A stretch of 64,000 bases of DNA from Eledone cirrhosa (Eukaryota): assembly GCA_964016885.1 (NCBI GenBank), contig OZ024740.1, positions 290,470,001 to 290,534,000 of the forward strand. Direction: 5' to 3'. Numbering within the stretch: the first letter of the stretch is position 1; the number at the start of each line of letters is the position of its first letter. The position numbers and the translations under genes were made by a program. This document shows positions 1 through 15,900 of the stretch, one piece after another. Under the pieces are notes generated by a model. The model made no database searches, was not told where the DNA came from, and saw only the letters and a list, made by a program, of their open reading frames with translations.

Positions 1-3000
1 AACGGAACACCCAAACAAAAAACGGACACCCCCAAATAAAAAACGGACCCACTCCCAAATAAAAAACGGACCCCCAAATAAAAAACGGATCCCCACCAAA
101 TAAAAAACGGACCCCAAATAAAAAACGGAACGCCCAAATAAAAAACGGACCCCCCCAATAAAAAACAGGTCCTCAAATAAAAACGGATCTCCAAATAAAA
201 AACGGATTTCCCCAAATAAAAAACGGAACACCCAAATAAAAAACGGACCCCCAAGTAAAAAACGGATCCCCACCAAATAAAAAACGGACCCCAAATAAAA
301 AACGAAACGCCCAAATACAAAACGGACCCCCCCCCAATAAAAAACAGGTCCCCAAATAAAAACGGATCCCCAAATAAAAAACGGATTTCCCCAAATAAAA
401 AACGGAACTCCCAAATAAAAAACGGACCCACCCCCAAATAAAAAACGGATCCCCAAATAAAAAACGGACACCCTAGTAAAAAACGGATTGCCCCCAAATA
501 AAAAAACGGACCCCCTCCCAATTAAAAACTGATCCCCCAATGAAAAACGGAACCTCCGCCCAAATAAAAACGGACCTACTTAGAATAAACGGATCCCCAA
601 ATAAAAAACGGATCCCCAAACAAAAACGGATTCCCCCAAATAAAGAACGGATACAAAAAATTTAAAACGCACCCCCTCCCAAATAAAAAACGGGCCCCCA
701 AATAAAAAACGGGTTCCCCCAAATAAAAATTGGATTCTCAAATAAAAAACGGACCCCCAAATAAAAAACGGATCCCCAAATAAAAAACGGACACCCATAT
801 AAAAAACGGACCCCCACCCCAAATAAAAAACGCCCCCCCCTTCCCCAATTAAAAACGGACACCCCGTCCTTCCCCAATAAAAAACGGACCCCTCCAAATA
901 AAAAACAGATCCCTAAATAAAAAACGGACACCCAAATAAAAAACGAATTCCCAAATAAAAAACGGATACCCAAATAAAAAACGGACACCCAAATGAAAAA
1001 TGGACCCCCAAATAAAACAAGCCCCCCCCCTACACACACACCAAATGATGCAAAACGGATCGCCAAATAAAAAACGGACCCCGCCCCAATTAAAAAACGG
1101 AACTCCCAAATAAAAACGGACAACCCCAAATAAAAAACTGGCACACCACCCCCAATAAATAACGGAGCCCAAATAAAATTGGATCCCCAAATAAAAAACG
1201 GACAACCAAATAAAAAACGGACACCCAAATAAAAGAAGGATCCCCATATAAAAAACGGACCGACCCCCAAAAAATATCAAAATCGGATTTCCAAATAAAA
1301 AACGGATCGATGCCCAAATAAAAAACGGGACGCCCCAATAAAAAACGGATTCCCCCAAATAAACGGATACCCATATAAAAAACGGACCCCACCCAAATAA
1401 AAAACGGATCACCCCACAAATAAAGAACGGATTGATCCCCAAATAAAAAACGGATCCCCAAATAAAAAACGGACACCCAAATAAAAAACGGACCCCCAAA
1501 ATAAAAAACGGAGCCCCCACCAAATAAAAAAGAGAACCCCTCCTAAATAAAATATGGATCCCCAAATAGAAAGCCAACACATAAAAAACGGATCGATGCA
1601 ATAATAAAAAACGGAACCCCCAAATAAAAACGGGACCCCCCAATAAAAAACGGATCCCCCCAAATAAACGGATACCCATATAAAAAACGGAACCCATTCC
1701 CAAATAAAAAACGGTCCTCCACCCGAAATAAAAAACGGATCGATCCCCAAATAAAAAATGGGTCCCCAAATAAAAAACGGACCCCCCCCAAAAAAAATCG
1801 GATTCCCAAATAAAGAATGGATCCCCAAATTAAAAACGGCCCCCCTCCCAAATAACCCCCCCCCAATAAAAAACGGATCCCCCCCCAAAAAACGGACACC
1901 CAAATAAAAACGGATCCTCAATATAAAAAGCGTATCCCCAAATAAAAAACGGATTCCCCCAAATAAATAACGGAGCCCAAATAAAAATTGGATCCCCAAA
2001 TAAAAAACGGACCCCGCTTCCCCAATTGAAAAAGGATACCCCCCCCCCCCAATAAAAAACGGACCCCTAAATAAATAACGGACCCCTCCAGATAAAAATC
2101 AGATCCCTAAATAAAAACGGATACCCAAACAAAAACGGACCCCCCCGAATAAAAAACGGACCCCCAAATAAAAAAAATGGACCCCTAAATAAAAAACGAT
2201 ACCCAAATAAAAAACGGACACCCCCAAATAAAAAACGGACCCACTCCCAAATAAAAAACGGACCCCCAAATAAAAAACGGATCCCCACCAAATAAAAAAC
2301 GGACCCCAAATAAAAAACGGAACGCCCAAATAAAAAACGGACCCCTCCCCCCAATAAAAACAGGTCCCCAAATAAAAACGGATCCCCAAATAAAAAACGG
2401 AACTCCCAAATAAAAAACGGACCCCCATATAAAAAACGGATCCCCACCAAATAAAAAACGGACCCCAAATAAAAAACGAAACGCCCAAATAAAAAACGGA
2501 CCCCCCCCAATAAAAAACAGGTCCCCAAATAAAAACGGATGCCCAAATAAAAAACGGATTTCTCCAAATAAAAAACGGAACTCCCAAATAAAAAACGGAT
2601 CCCCAAATAAAAAACGGACACCCTAGTAAAAAACGGATTGCCCCCAAATAAAAAACGGACCCCCTCCCAATTAAAAACTGATCCCCAATGAAAAACGGAA
2701 CCTCCGCCCAAATAAAAACGGACCTACTTAGAAAAAAACGGATCCCCAAATAAAAAACGGATCCCCAAACAAAAACGGATTCCCCCAAATAAAAAACGGA
2801 TACAAAAAATTAAAAACGCACCCCCTCCCAAATAAAAAACGGATTCCCACAAATAAAAATTGGATTCTCAAATAAAAAACGGACCCCCAAATAAAAAACG
2901 GATCCCCAAATAAAAACGGACACCCATATAAAAAACGGACACCAAGCCCAAATAAAAAACGGACCCCCCTTCCCCAATTAAAAACGGACCCCCCGTCCTT

Positions 3001-3570
3001 CCCCAATAAAAAACGGACCCCTCCAAATAAAAAACAGATCCCTAAATAAAAAACGGACACCCAAATAAAAAACGAATTCCCAAATAAAATACGGATCCCC
3101 AAATAAAAAACGGACACCCAAATGAAAAATGTACCCCCAAATAAAACAAGCCCCCCCCCACACACACACACCAAATGCAAAACGGATCGCCAAATAAAAA
3201 ACGGACCCCGCCCCAATTAAAAAAAGGAACTCCCAAATAAAAACGGACAACCCCAAATAAAAAACGGATTCCCCCCAAATAAAAAACTGGCACACCACCC
3301 CAAATAAATAACGGAGCCCAAATAAAAATTGGATCCCCAAATAAAAAACGGACAACCAAATAAAAAACGGACACCCAAATAAAAGAAGGATCCTCATATA
3401 AAAAACGGACCGAACCCCCAAAAATATCAAAATTGGATTTCCAAATAAAAAACGGATCGATGCCCAAATAAAAAACGGGACGCCCCAATAAAAAACGGAT
3501 TCCCCCAAATAAACGGATACCCATATAAAAAACGGACCCCACCCAAATAAAAAACGGATCCCCCCACAAA
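1..3570 (+). repeat. ~2.15-kb-period higher-order duplication (about 1-1420 recurs at about 2200-3570)
   Basis: Rare variants recur at a constant offset: CCCTAGTAAAAAACGGATTGCCCCC at 471 and 2621, CGGACCTACTTAG at 571 and 2719, GGATACAAAAAAT at ~649 and ~2798. Confidence 0.85.
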
Positions 3571-6339
3571 TAAAAAACGGACACCAAAATAAAAAACGGA
3601 TTTCCCCCAAATAAATAACGGACCCGTCCCAAATAAAAAACGGACCCCCAAATAAAAAACGGATTCTCCCCAAATAAAAAAATTGGCACCCCACCCCAAA
3701 TAAATAACGGAGCCCAAATAAAAATTGGATCACCAAATAAAAAACGGACACCCAAATATAAAACGGATACCCAAATAAGAAACGGATCCCCAAATAAAAA
3801 AAGGACCCTCCAAATAAAAAACGGATCCCCAAATAAAAATCGGACACCCATATAAAAAACGGACCCCCGCTTCCCCAATTAAAAACGGACCCCCCCCCCT
3901 TCCCCAATAAAAAACGGACCCCTCGAAATAAAAAACAGATCCCCAAATAAAAAACGGGACGCCCCAATAAAAAACGGATTCCCCCAAATAAACCTATACC
4001 CATATAAAAAACGGACCCCAACCAAATAAAAAACGGATCCCCCCCACAAATTAAAAACGGACACCAAAATAAAAAACGGATCCCCCCAAATAAAAAACGG
4101 ATCCCCCCCAAAAAACGGACACCCAAATAAAAGAAGAATCCCCATATAAAAAACGGATACCCATATAAAAAACGGACCCCACCCAAATAAAAAACGGATC
4201 CCCCCACAAATAAAAAACGGACCCCCAAATAAAAAACGGATTCCTCCCAAATAAAAAACGGACACCCAAATAAAAAACGGAACCCCAAATAATAAACGGA
4301 CACCCAAATAAAAAACGGACACCCCCGAATAAAAAACGGACCCCTAAATAAAAAAATGGACCCCTAAATAAAAAATGGACACCCAAATAAAAAACGGACA
4401 CCCAAATAAAAAACGGACACCCAAATAAAAGCCGGATCCCCATATAAAAAATGGACTCCCCGCCGCCCACCCCAAAAAATACGGATTTCCAAGTAAAAAA
4501 CGGACCCCCCACCCCAAATAAAAAAAGGTTCGATGTCCAAATAAAAAACAGAACCCCCAAATAAAAAACGGTCCTCCACTCCAAATAAAAAACGGATTGA
4601 TCCCCAAATAAAAAACCGACACCCAAATAAAAAAGGGATCCCCCAAATAAAAAACGGATCCCTAAATAAAAAACGGACACCCGAATAAAAGAAGGATCCC
4701 CATATAAAAAACGGACCGCCCCCCCAAAAAAATATCAAAAACGGATTTCCAAATAAAAAACGAATCCCCCACCCCAAATGAAAAACGGGACCCCCCAATA
4801 GGAAAAGGATCCGCCCAAATAAACGGATACCCATATAAAAAACGGACCCCACCCAAATAAAAAAACGGATCCCCCCACAAATAAAAAACGGACACCAAAA
4901 TAAAAAACGGATTTCCCCCAAATAAATAACGGACCCCTCCCAAATAAAAAACGGACCCCAAATAAAAAAAGGATTCCCCCTAAATAAAAAACGGGCCCCC
5001 CACCCCAAATAAATAACGGAGCCCAAATAAAAAATGGATCCCCAAATAAAAAACGGACACCCAAATATGAAAAAGATCCCCCAATAAAAAACGGCCCCCC
5101 CCCAATAAAAAACAGATCCCCCGATATAAAATGGACCCCCAAATAAAAAACGGCCCCCTCCAAATAAAAAACCCATTCCCAAATAAAAAAACGGATCGAT
5201 CCCCAATTAAAAAACGGACACCCAAATATAAAACGGATACCCAAATAAGAAACGGATCCCCAAATAAAAAACGGACCCTCCAAATAAAAACGGATCCCCA
5301 AATAAAAAACGGACACACATAAAAAACGTACCCCCCTTCCCCAATTAAAAACGGATCCCCCCCCTTCCCCAATAAAAAACGGCCCCCTCCAAATGAAAAA
5401 CAGATCCCTAAATAAAAAACGGACACCCAAATAAAAAACGAATTCCCAAATAAAAAACGGATCCCCAAATAAAAAACGGACACCCAAATGAAAAATGGAC
5501 CCCCAAATAAAACAAGCCCCCCCCCCACACACACACACCAAATAAAAAACGGATCGCCAAATAAAAAACGGACCCCGCCCCAATTAAAAAACGGAACTCC
5601 CAAATAAAAACGGACAACCCCAAATAAAAAACGGATCCCCAAATAAAAAACGGATACTCAGTTAAAAACGGATCCCCAAATAAAAAACGGACCCCCAAAT
5701 AAAAAACGGATTCCCCCAAATAAAAAACGGATCCCCAAATTAAAAACGGACCCCTCCCAAATAAAAAACGGATTCCCCCCAAATAAAAAACTGGCATAAT
5801 AATAATTGGATCCCCAAATAAAAATTGGATCCCCAAATAAAAAACGGACACCCAAATAAAAAACGGATCCCCAAATAAAAAACGGACACCCAAATAAAAA
5901 AACGGACCCTCCAAATAAAAAATGGACCCCCAAATAAAAAATTGACCCCTAAATAAAAAACGGAGACCCAAATAAAAAACGGACACCCAAATAAAAAACG
6001 AATCCGCCCAAATAAAAACGGATCCCCAAATAAAAAACGGACACCCAAATAAAAGAAGGATCCCCATATAAAAAAGGACCGCCCCCCCAAAAAATATCAA
6101 AAACGGATTTCAAAATAAAAAACGGATCCCCCACCCGAAATAAAAAACGGTTCCCCCCCACAAATAAAAAACGGACATCAAAATAAAAAACGGATTTCCC
6201 ACAAATAAATAACGGACCCGTCCCAAATAAAAAACGGACCCCCAAATAAAAAACGGATTCTCCCCAAATAAAAATTGGCACCCCACCCCAAATAAATAAC
6301 GGAGCCCAAATAAAAATTGGATCACCAAATAAAAAACGG

Positions 6340-8450
6340 ACACCTAAATAAAAAACGGACCAACCCCCCAAATAAAAAACGGATCCCCAAATAAAGAACG
6401 GACCCCAAATAAAAAGCGGACACCAAAATAAAAAATGGATCCCCAAATAAAAAACGGACACCCAAATAAAAAACGGATCCCCCCAAATAAGAAACGGATA
6501 CCCCAATAAAAAAACGGACGCCCCGCCCTATAAAAAACGGCCCCCTCCAAATAAAAAACAGATCCCTAAAAATAACGGAGCCCAAATAAAAATTGGATCC
6601 CCAAATAAAAAACGGACACCCAAATAAAAAACGGATCCCCAAATAAAAAACGGATCCCCAAATAAAAAACGGACCCTCCAAATAAAAACGGACACCCAAA
6701 TAAAAAAATGGACCCCTAAATATAAAACGGAAACCCAAATAAAAAACGGACACCCAAATAAAAAACGGATCCCCCCAAATAAAAAACGGATCTCCCCCCA
6801 AAAAAACGGACACCCAAATAAAAGAAGGATCCCCATATAAAAAACGGACACCCCCCAAAAATATCAAAAACGGATTTCCAAATAAAAAACGGATCCCCCA
6901 CCACAAATAAAAAACGGTTCGATGCCCAAATAAAAAACGGATCGATGCCCAAATAAAAAACGGATCCCCAAATAAAAAACGGACACCCGAATAACAGAAG
7001 GATCCCCATATAAAAAATGGACCGCCCCCCCAAAAAATATCAAAAACGGATTTCCAAATAAAAAACGGATCCCCCCAAATAAACGGATACCCATATAAAA
7101 AACGGACCCCATCCAAATAAAAAACGGATCCCCCCACAAATAAAAAACGGACACCTAAATAAAAAACGGATTTCCCCCAAATAAATAACGGACACCCCAA
7201 ATAAAAAACGGACCCCCAAATAAAAAATGGACCTCCCCAAATAAAAAACGGATCCCCAAATAAAAACGGATCCCAAAATAAAAGACGGATCCCCATTTAA
7301 AAACGGACCCCCCCCCAAAAAAAATCGGATTCCCAAATAAAAAACGGATCCCCAAATTAAAAAGGGATCCCCAAATTAAAAACGGACCCCTCCCAAATAA
7401 AAAACGGATCCCCAAATAAAAAAGTGATCCCCATATAAAAAACGGATTCCCCCAAATAAAAAAAGAATCCCCAAATTAAAAATGGACTCCCTCCCAAATA
7501 AAAAACGGATCCCCAAATAAAAACGGATTCCCCCAAATAAATAGCGGAGCCCAAATAAAAATTGGATCCCCAAATAAAAAACGGACAAACAAATAAAATA
7601 AGGAACCCCAAATAAAAACGGACACCCATATAAAAACGGACCCCAACCCAAATAAAAAACGGATCCCCCCCAAAAAACGGACCCAGCTTCCCCAATTAAA
7701 AAAGGATACGCCCCCCCCCCCCAAATAAAAAACGGACACTTAAATAAATAAAGGACCCCTCCAAATAAAAATCAGTTCCCTAAATAAAAAACGGACACTC
7801 TAATAAAAAACTGATTCCAAAATAAAAAACGGATCCCCAAATAAAAAAAGGACACCCAAATTAAAAACAGACCCCACCTATAACCCCCCCCCCCTCAACC
7901 ACCACAAAACACACACACACACACACTCACCAAATAAAAAACGGATCGCCAAATAAAAAACGGACCCCACCCCAATTAAAAAACGGAACTCCCAAATAAA
8001 AACGGACACCCCCAAATAAAAAACGGATCCTCAAATAAAAACGAAACCCCAAATAAAAAACGGACCCCCAATTAAAAAACGGATTCCCCCAAATAAAAAC
8101 GGATCCCCAAATTAAAAACGGATCCTCTCCCAAATAAAAAACGGACCAACCCCCCAAATAAAAAACGGATCCCCAAATAAAGAACGGACCCCAAATAAAA
8201 AGCGGACACCAAAATAAAAAATGGATCCCCAAATAAAAAACGGACACCCAAATAAAAAACGGATCCCCCCAAATAAGAAACGGATACCCCAATAAAAAAA
8301 CGGACGCCCCGCCCTATAAAAAACGGCCCCCTCCAAATAAAAAACAGATCCCTAAAAATAACGGAGCCCAAATAAAAATTGGATCCCCAAATAAAAAACG
8401 GACACCCAAATAAAAAACGGATCCCCAAATAAAAAACGGACACCCAAATA
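6340..8450 (+). repeat. ~320-bp dispersed duplication (about 6340-6660 and 8130-8450; offset ~1786)
   Basis: The rare variants GGACGCCCCGCCCTATAAAAAACGG (~6515, ~8302) and GGACCAACCCCC are shared. The spurious translations starting at 6550 and 8336 are identical over their shared length. Confidence 0.8.
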
Positions 8451-8640
8451 AAAGACGGACCTTCCAAATAAAAAATGGACCCCCAAATAAGAAAATTGAC
8501 CCCTAAATAAAAAACGGAGACCCAAATAAAAAACGGACACCCAAATAAAAGACGGACCTTCCAAATAAAAAATGGACCCCCAAATAAGAAAATTGACCCC
8601 TAAATAAAAAACGGAGACCCAAATAAAAAACGGACACCCA
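8440..8640 (+). repeat. 97-bp (5-monomer) direct tandem duplication
   Basis: GACGGACCTTCCAAATAAAAAATGGACCCCCAAATAAGAAAATTGACCCCT occurs at 8454 and at 8551. Confidence 0.85.
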
Positions 8641-9909
8641 AATAAAAAAAGGATCCCCCCAAATAAAAAACGGATCCCCAAATAAAAAACGGACACCCAA
8701 ATAAAAGAAGGATCCCCATATAAATAACGGACCGCCCCCCAAAAAAATATCAAAAACGGATTTCCAAATAAAAAACGGATCCCCCACCCCAAATAAAAAA
8801 ACGATTCGATGCCCAAATAAAAAACGGGTCCCCCAATAAAAAACGGATCCCCCCAAATAAACGGATACCCATATAAAAAACGGACCCCACCCAAATAAAA
8901 AACGGATCCCCCCCACAAATAAAAAACGGATTTCCCCCAAATAAATAACGGACCCCTCCCAAATAAAAAATGGATCCCCAAATAAAAAACGGACTCCCAT
9001 ATAAAAAACGGATTCCCAAATAAAAAACGGACACCCATATAAAAATCAGATCCCTAAATAAAGAACGGACACCCAAACAAAAACGGACTCCCACCCGAAT
9101 AAAAAACGTACCCCCAAATAAAAAAATGGACCTCTAAATAAAAAACGGATCCCCATATAAAAAATGGACCCCCCCCCCAAAAAAATAAAATACGGATTTC
9201 CAAGTAAAAAACGTGTCCCTCACCCCAAATAAAAAAAGGTTCGATGCCCAAATAAAAAACGGAACCCCCAAATAAAAAACGGATCGCCCAAAATAAAAAA
9301 CGGATACCCATATAAAAAACGAACCCCCACCCCAAATAAAAAAGGGATGCTCCAATAAAAAACGGACCCCACCCCCAATAAAAAACGGATCCCCCCCACC
9401 CCAATAGAAAACGGACCCCCAAATAAAAAACGGCCCCCTCGAAATAAAAAACCCATTCCTAAATAAAAAACGGTCTTCCACCCCAAATAAAAAACGGATC
9501 GATCCCCAAATAAAAATGGATCCCCAAATAAAAAACGGACACCCAAATAAAAAAAGGGACCCCCCAAATAAAAAACGGACCCCCAAATAAAAAAAATGGA
9601 CCCCCCAAATAGAAACGGATCCCCAAATAAAAACGAATCCCCAAATAAAAGACGGATCCCCATATAAAAACGGCCCCCCCCCCAAAAAAAATCGGGTTCC
9701 CAAATAAAAAAATAGTCCCCAAATTAAAAACGGCCCCCCTCCCAAATACCCCCCTCCCAAATAAAAAAGGAATCCCCCCCAAAAAAACGGACACCCAAAT
9801 ATAAACGAATCCCCAAATAAAAAACGGATCCCCAAATAAAAAACGGATTCCCCCAAATAAATAACGGAGCCCAAATAAAAATTGGATCCCCAAATAAAAA
9901 ACGAACCCC

Positions 9910-12900
9910 TAAATAAATAACGGACCCCTCCAAATAAAAGTCAAATCCCTAAATAAAAAACGGACAGCCAAATCAAAAACGGATCCCCCCAAATAAAAAA
10001 CGGATCCCCAAATAAAAAACGACACCCAAATAAAAGACGGATCCCCATATAAAAAACGGAGCCCCACCCCTGATAAAAAACGGACCCCCCCCCCCAAAGA
10101 AATGGATTTCCAAATAAAAAACGGATCACCCACTCCAAATAAAAAACGGATCGATGCCCAAATGAAAGACGGAACCCCAAATAACCCCTCCCCAACCACC
10201 ACGACACACACACACACACACCAAATAAAAAACGGATCACCAAATTAAAAACGGACCCCACCCCAATTAAAAAATGGAACTCCCAAATAAAAAACGGACA
10301 CACCCAAATAAAAAACGGATCCCCAAACAAAAAACGGACCCCAATTAAAAAACGGATTCCCCAAAATAAAAAACGGATCCCCAAATTAAAATCGGATCCT
10401 CTCCCAAATAAAAAACGGGCCCACCACCCAAATAAAAAACGGATCCCCAAATAAAAAACGGTCCCCAAATAAAAAGCGGACACCAAAATAAAAAATGGAT
10501 CCCCAAATAAAAAACGGACACCCAAATAAAAAACGGATTCCCCCAAATAAGAAACGGATACCCCAATAAAAAACGGACCCGCCGCCCTATAAAAAACGGC
10601 CCCCTCCGAATTAAAAATAGATCCCTAAAAAAAAACGGACACCCAAATAAAAAACGGATTCCCAAATAAAAAACGGACCCTCCACCCCAAATAAAAAACG
10701 GATTGATCCCCAAATAAAAAACGGATCCCCAAATAAAAAACGGACACGCAAATAAAAAAAGGACACCTCAAATAAAAAACGGAGCAACCGCGAAATAAAA
10801 AACCGGACACCCTCCTAAATAAAATATGGATCCCCAAATAGAAAGCCAACACACATAAAAAACGTGTTGATGCCCAAATAAAAAACGGAACCCCAAATAA
10901 AAAACGGATCCCCCCAAATAAAAAACGGACCCCCCCCCCCCAAAAAAAAACCGGATTTCCAAATAAAAAACGGATCGATGCCCAAATGAAAGACGGAACC
11001 CCCAAATAAAAAACGGACACCACCAAATAAAAAAGGACCCCCTCCCAAATAAAAATCGGACCGCCAAATAAGAAACAGATCCCCACCAAATAAAAAACGG
11101 ACCCCCTCCCAAATAAAAAATAGATCCCCAAATAAGAACCGGACACCCTAATAAAAAACGGATACCCCCAAATAAAAAACGGACCCCCTCCCAAATAAAA
11201 AGCGGACCCCCAAATAAAAAACGGATTCCCCCAAATAAATAACGGAGTCCAAATAAAAATTGGATCCCCAAATAAAAAACGGACCCCAAATAAAAAAGGA
11301 TCACCAAATAAAAAACGGACACCCATATAAAAAACGGTACCCCACCCCAAATAAAAAACGGATCCCTCCCAAAAAACGGACGCCGCTTCCCCAATTAAAA
11401 AAGGATACCCTCCCCCAAATAAATAACGGACGCCTCGAAATAAAAATCAGATCCCTAAATAAAAAACGCACACACAAATAAAAAACTGATTCCAAAATAA
11501 AAAACGGATCCCCAAATAAAATACGGACACCCAAATGAAAAACGGCAACCCAAATGAAAAACGGACCCCCCAAATAACCCCCCACCCCCACCCCAACCAC
11601 CACGACACACACACACACCAAATAAAAAACGGATCGCCATATAAAAAACAGACCCCACCCCAATTAAAAAACGGAACTCCCAAATAAAATCGGACACCCC
11701 CAAATAAAAAACGAATACCCAAATAAAAAACGGATCCTCGAATAAAAAACGGATCCCCAAATAAAAAACGGACCCCCAATTAATAAACGGATTCCCCCAA
11801 ATAAAAAACGGATCCCCAAATTAAAAACGTATCCTCTCCCAAATAAAAAACGGACCCACGCCCCATATAAAAAGCCCCCTCTAAATAAAAAAAAGATCCC
11901 TAAATAAAAAAAAACGGACATTCAAATAAAAAACGGATTCCCAAATAAAAAACGGAGACCCAAATAAAAAACGGACCGCCCAAATAAAAAACGCCCCCCC
12001 TCACACACACATACAGACGCACCAAATAAAAAACGGATCGCCAAATAAGAACGGACACCCCTAAATAAAAAACGGATCCCTAAATGAAAAACGGACCCCC
12101 CACAAATAAAAATCGGATCCCCCCCAAAAAGGACACCCAAATAAAAACGGATCCTCAAATAAAAAACGGATCCCCAAATAAAAAACGGATTACTCCAAAT
12201 AAAAAACGGATTCCCCCAAATAAATAACGGAGCCGAAATAAAAATTGGATCCCCAAATAAAAAACGGACCCCAAATAAAAAAAGGATCCCCAAATAAACA
12301 ACGGACACCCATATAAAAAACGGACGCCCACCCCAAATAAAAAACGGTTCCCCCCAAAAAATAACGGACCACGCTTCCCCAAATAAAAAACGGACCCCCA
12401 AATAAAAAACAGCCCCCACCAAATAAAAATCAGATCCCTAAATAAAAAACGGATCCCCAAATGAAAAACGGACACCCAAATAAAAAACGGATTCCCCCAA
12501 ATAAAAAGCGGACACCCATATAAAAAACGGATACCCATATAAAAAACAGAGCCCCACCCCTAATAAAAAACGGACCCCCCACCCAAAAAACCCCCATAAA
12601 AAACGGATTTCCAATAAAAAACGGATCACCCACCCCAAAATAAAAAACGGATCGATGCCCAAATGAAAGATGGCACCTCCAAATGAAAAACGGACACCCC
12701 TAAATAAAAAACGGACCCCCTCCCAAATAAAAAAAGGATCCCCAAATAAGAACCGGACGCCCTAATAAAAAACGGATACCCACAAATAAAAAAAAGACCC
12801 CCTCCCAAATAAAAAATGGATCCCCAAATAAAAAGCGGACACCCAAATAAAAAATGGGTCCCCATATAAAACACGGACACCCATATAAAAAACGGATCCC

Positions 12901-15900
12901 CGCAAATAAGAAACGGATACCCATATAAAAAACGGACTCCCACCCCAAATAAAAAGCGGATCCCCCAATAAAAAACGGACCCTCCCCCCAATTAAAAACG
13001 AATCTCCCTCCCCCCTCAATAAAAAACGGACCCCCAAATATAAAACGGCCCCCTCCAAGTAAAAAACAGATCCCTAAATAAAAAACGGACACTCAAATAA
13101 AAAACGGATTCCCAAATAAAAAACGGACCCTCCACCCCAAATAAAAAACGGATCGATCCCCAAATAAAAAACGGATCCCCAAATAAAAAACGGACACCCA
13201 TATAAAAAACGGACCGCCCAAATAAAAAACGACCCCCCCCCCCACACACAAACAGACACACCAAATAAAAAACGGATCGCCAAATTAAAACGGACACCCC
13301 CAAATAAAAAACGGATCCCTAAATGAAAAACGGAGCCCCTCCCCACAAATAAAAAACGGGTCCCCCCCCAAAAAAAACGGACACCCAAATAAAAACGGAT
13401 CCTCAAATAAAAAACGGATGCCCAAATAAAAAACGGATTCCCCCAAGTAAAAAAAGGATCCCCAAATTGAAAACGGACCCCTCCCAAATATAGAACGGAC
13501 CCCCAAATAAAAAACGGATTCCCCGAAATAAATAACGGAGCCCAAATAAAAATTGGATCCCCAAATAAAAAACGGACCCAAATAAAAAAAGGATCCCCAA
13601 ATAAACAACGGACACACAAATAAAAAACGGATTCCCCCCAAATAAAAAACGTACACCCTCCCAAATAAAAAACGGACCCCCAAATAAAAAACGGATTCCC
13701 GCCAATAAAAAAACTGGCACCCCATCAAATAAATAACGGAGCCCAAATAAAAATTGGATCCCCAAGTAAAAAACGGATACCAAAATAAAAAACGGATTCC
13801 CAAATAAAAAACGGACACCTAAATAAAAAACGGACCGCCCCCCCCCCAAATAAAAGCGGACCCCCAAATAAAAAATGGATCCACATATAAAAAACGGACC
13901 CCCCCAAAAAATATATGAAAAACGGATTTCCAAATAAAAAACGGATCCCCCACCCCAAATAAAAAACGGATCGACGCCCAAATAAAAAACGGGACCCCCA
14001 AATAAACAGACACCCATATAAAAAACGAACCCCCCACCCAAATAAAAAACGGCTTCCCCCAAATAAAAAACGGATACCAAAATAAATAAATGAGCTCAAA
14101 TAAAAAACGGCACCCAAATAAAAGACGGATCCCCATATAAAAAACGGAGCCCCACCCCTAATATAAAACGGATCCCCCAATAAAAAACGGACCCCCCCCA
14201 AAAAAAAATAAAAAACGTATCCCCCACCCCAAATAAAAAAAGGATCCCCAGCAAATAAAAAACGGACCCCCCACCCCAAATAAATAACGGTGCCCAAATA
14301 AAAATTAGATTCTCAAATAAAAAACGGACCCCCAAATAAAAAGCGGATCCCCAAATAAAAAACGGACACCTATATAAAAAAAACGGTCCCCACCCCAAAT
14401 AAAAAACGGTACAAAAACGGACCCCCCTCCCACACACACACACACACCAAATAAAAACCGGATCGTCATATAAGAAACGGACCCCACCCCAATTAAAAAA
14501 CGGAACTCCCAAATAAAAACGGGAACCCCCAAATAAAAAACGGATCACCAAATAAAAAACGGATCCTCAAATAAAAACGGATCCCCAAATAAAAAACGAC
14601 CCCCCCCCACACACACCAAATAAAAAACGGATCGCCAAATAAGAAACGGACCCCACCCCAATTAAAAAACGGAACTCCCAAATAAAAACGGACACCCTCA
14701 AATTAAAAACGCATCCCCAAATAAAAAACGGATCCTCAAATAAAAACGGATCTCCAAATGAAAAAAAAGGATTCTCCCAAATAAAAAACGGATCTCCAAA
14801 TTAAAAACGGACGCCCTCGCAAATAAAAAACGGACCCCCTCCTAAATAAAATATGGATCCCCAAACAGAAAGCCAACACATAAAAAACGGATAGATGCCC
14901 AAATAAAAAACGGAACCTCCAAATAAAAAACGGATCCCCCCAAATGAAAAACGGATACCCATATAAAAAACGGATACCCAAATAAAAAACGGATACCCCT
15001 AAATAAAAAACGGACCCCCTCCCAAATAAAAAATGGATACCCAAATAAAAAGGGGACACCCAAATAAAAAATGGGTCCCCAAATAAAAAACGGACACCCA
15101 TATAAAAAACGGATCCCCCCAAATACGAAACGGATACCCAAATAAAAAACGGATACCCCCAAATAAATAACGGACCCCTCCAAATAAAAGTCAAATCCCT
15201 AAATAAAAAACGGAGAGCCAAATCAAAAACGGATCCCCCCAAATAAAAAACGGATCCCCAAATAAAAAACGACACCCAAATAAAAGACGGATCCCCATAT
15301 AAAAAACGGAGCCCCACCCCTGATAAAAAACGGACCCCCCCCCCAAAGAAATGGATTTCCAAATAAAAAACGGATCACCCACTCCAAATAAAAAACGGAT
15401 CGATGCCCAAATGAAAGACGGAACCCCAAATAACCCCTCCCCAACCACCACGACACACACACACACACACCAAATAAAAAACGGATCACCAAATTAAAAA
15501 CGGACCCCACCCCAATTAAAAAACGGAACTCCCAAATAAAAAACGGACACACCCAAATAAAAAACGGATCCCCAAACAAAAAACGGACCCCAATTAAAAA
15601 ACGGATTCCCCAAAATAAAAAACGGATCCCCAAATTAAAATCGGATCCTCTCCCAAATAAAAAACGGGCCCACCACCCAAATAAAAAACGGATCCCCAAA
15701 TAAAAAACGGTCCCCAAATAAAAAGCGGACACCAAAATAAAAAATGGATCCCCAAATAAAAAACGGACACCCAAATAAAAAACGGATTCCCCCAAATAAG
15801 AAACGGATACCCCAATAAAAAACGGACCCGCCGCCCTATAAAAAACGGCCCCCTCCGAATTAAAAATAGATCCCTAAAAAAAAACGGACACCCAAATAAA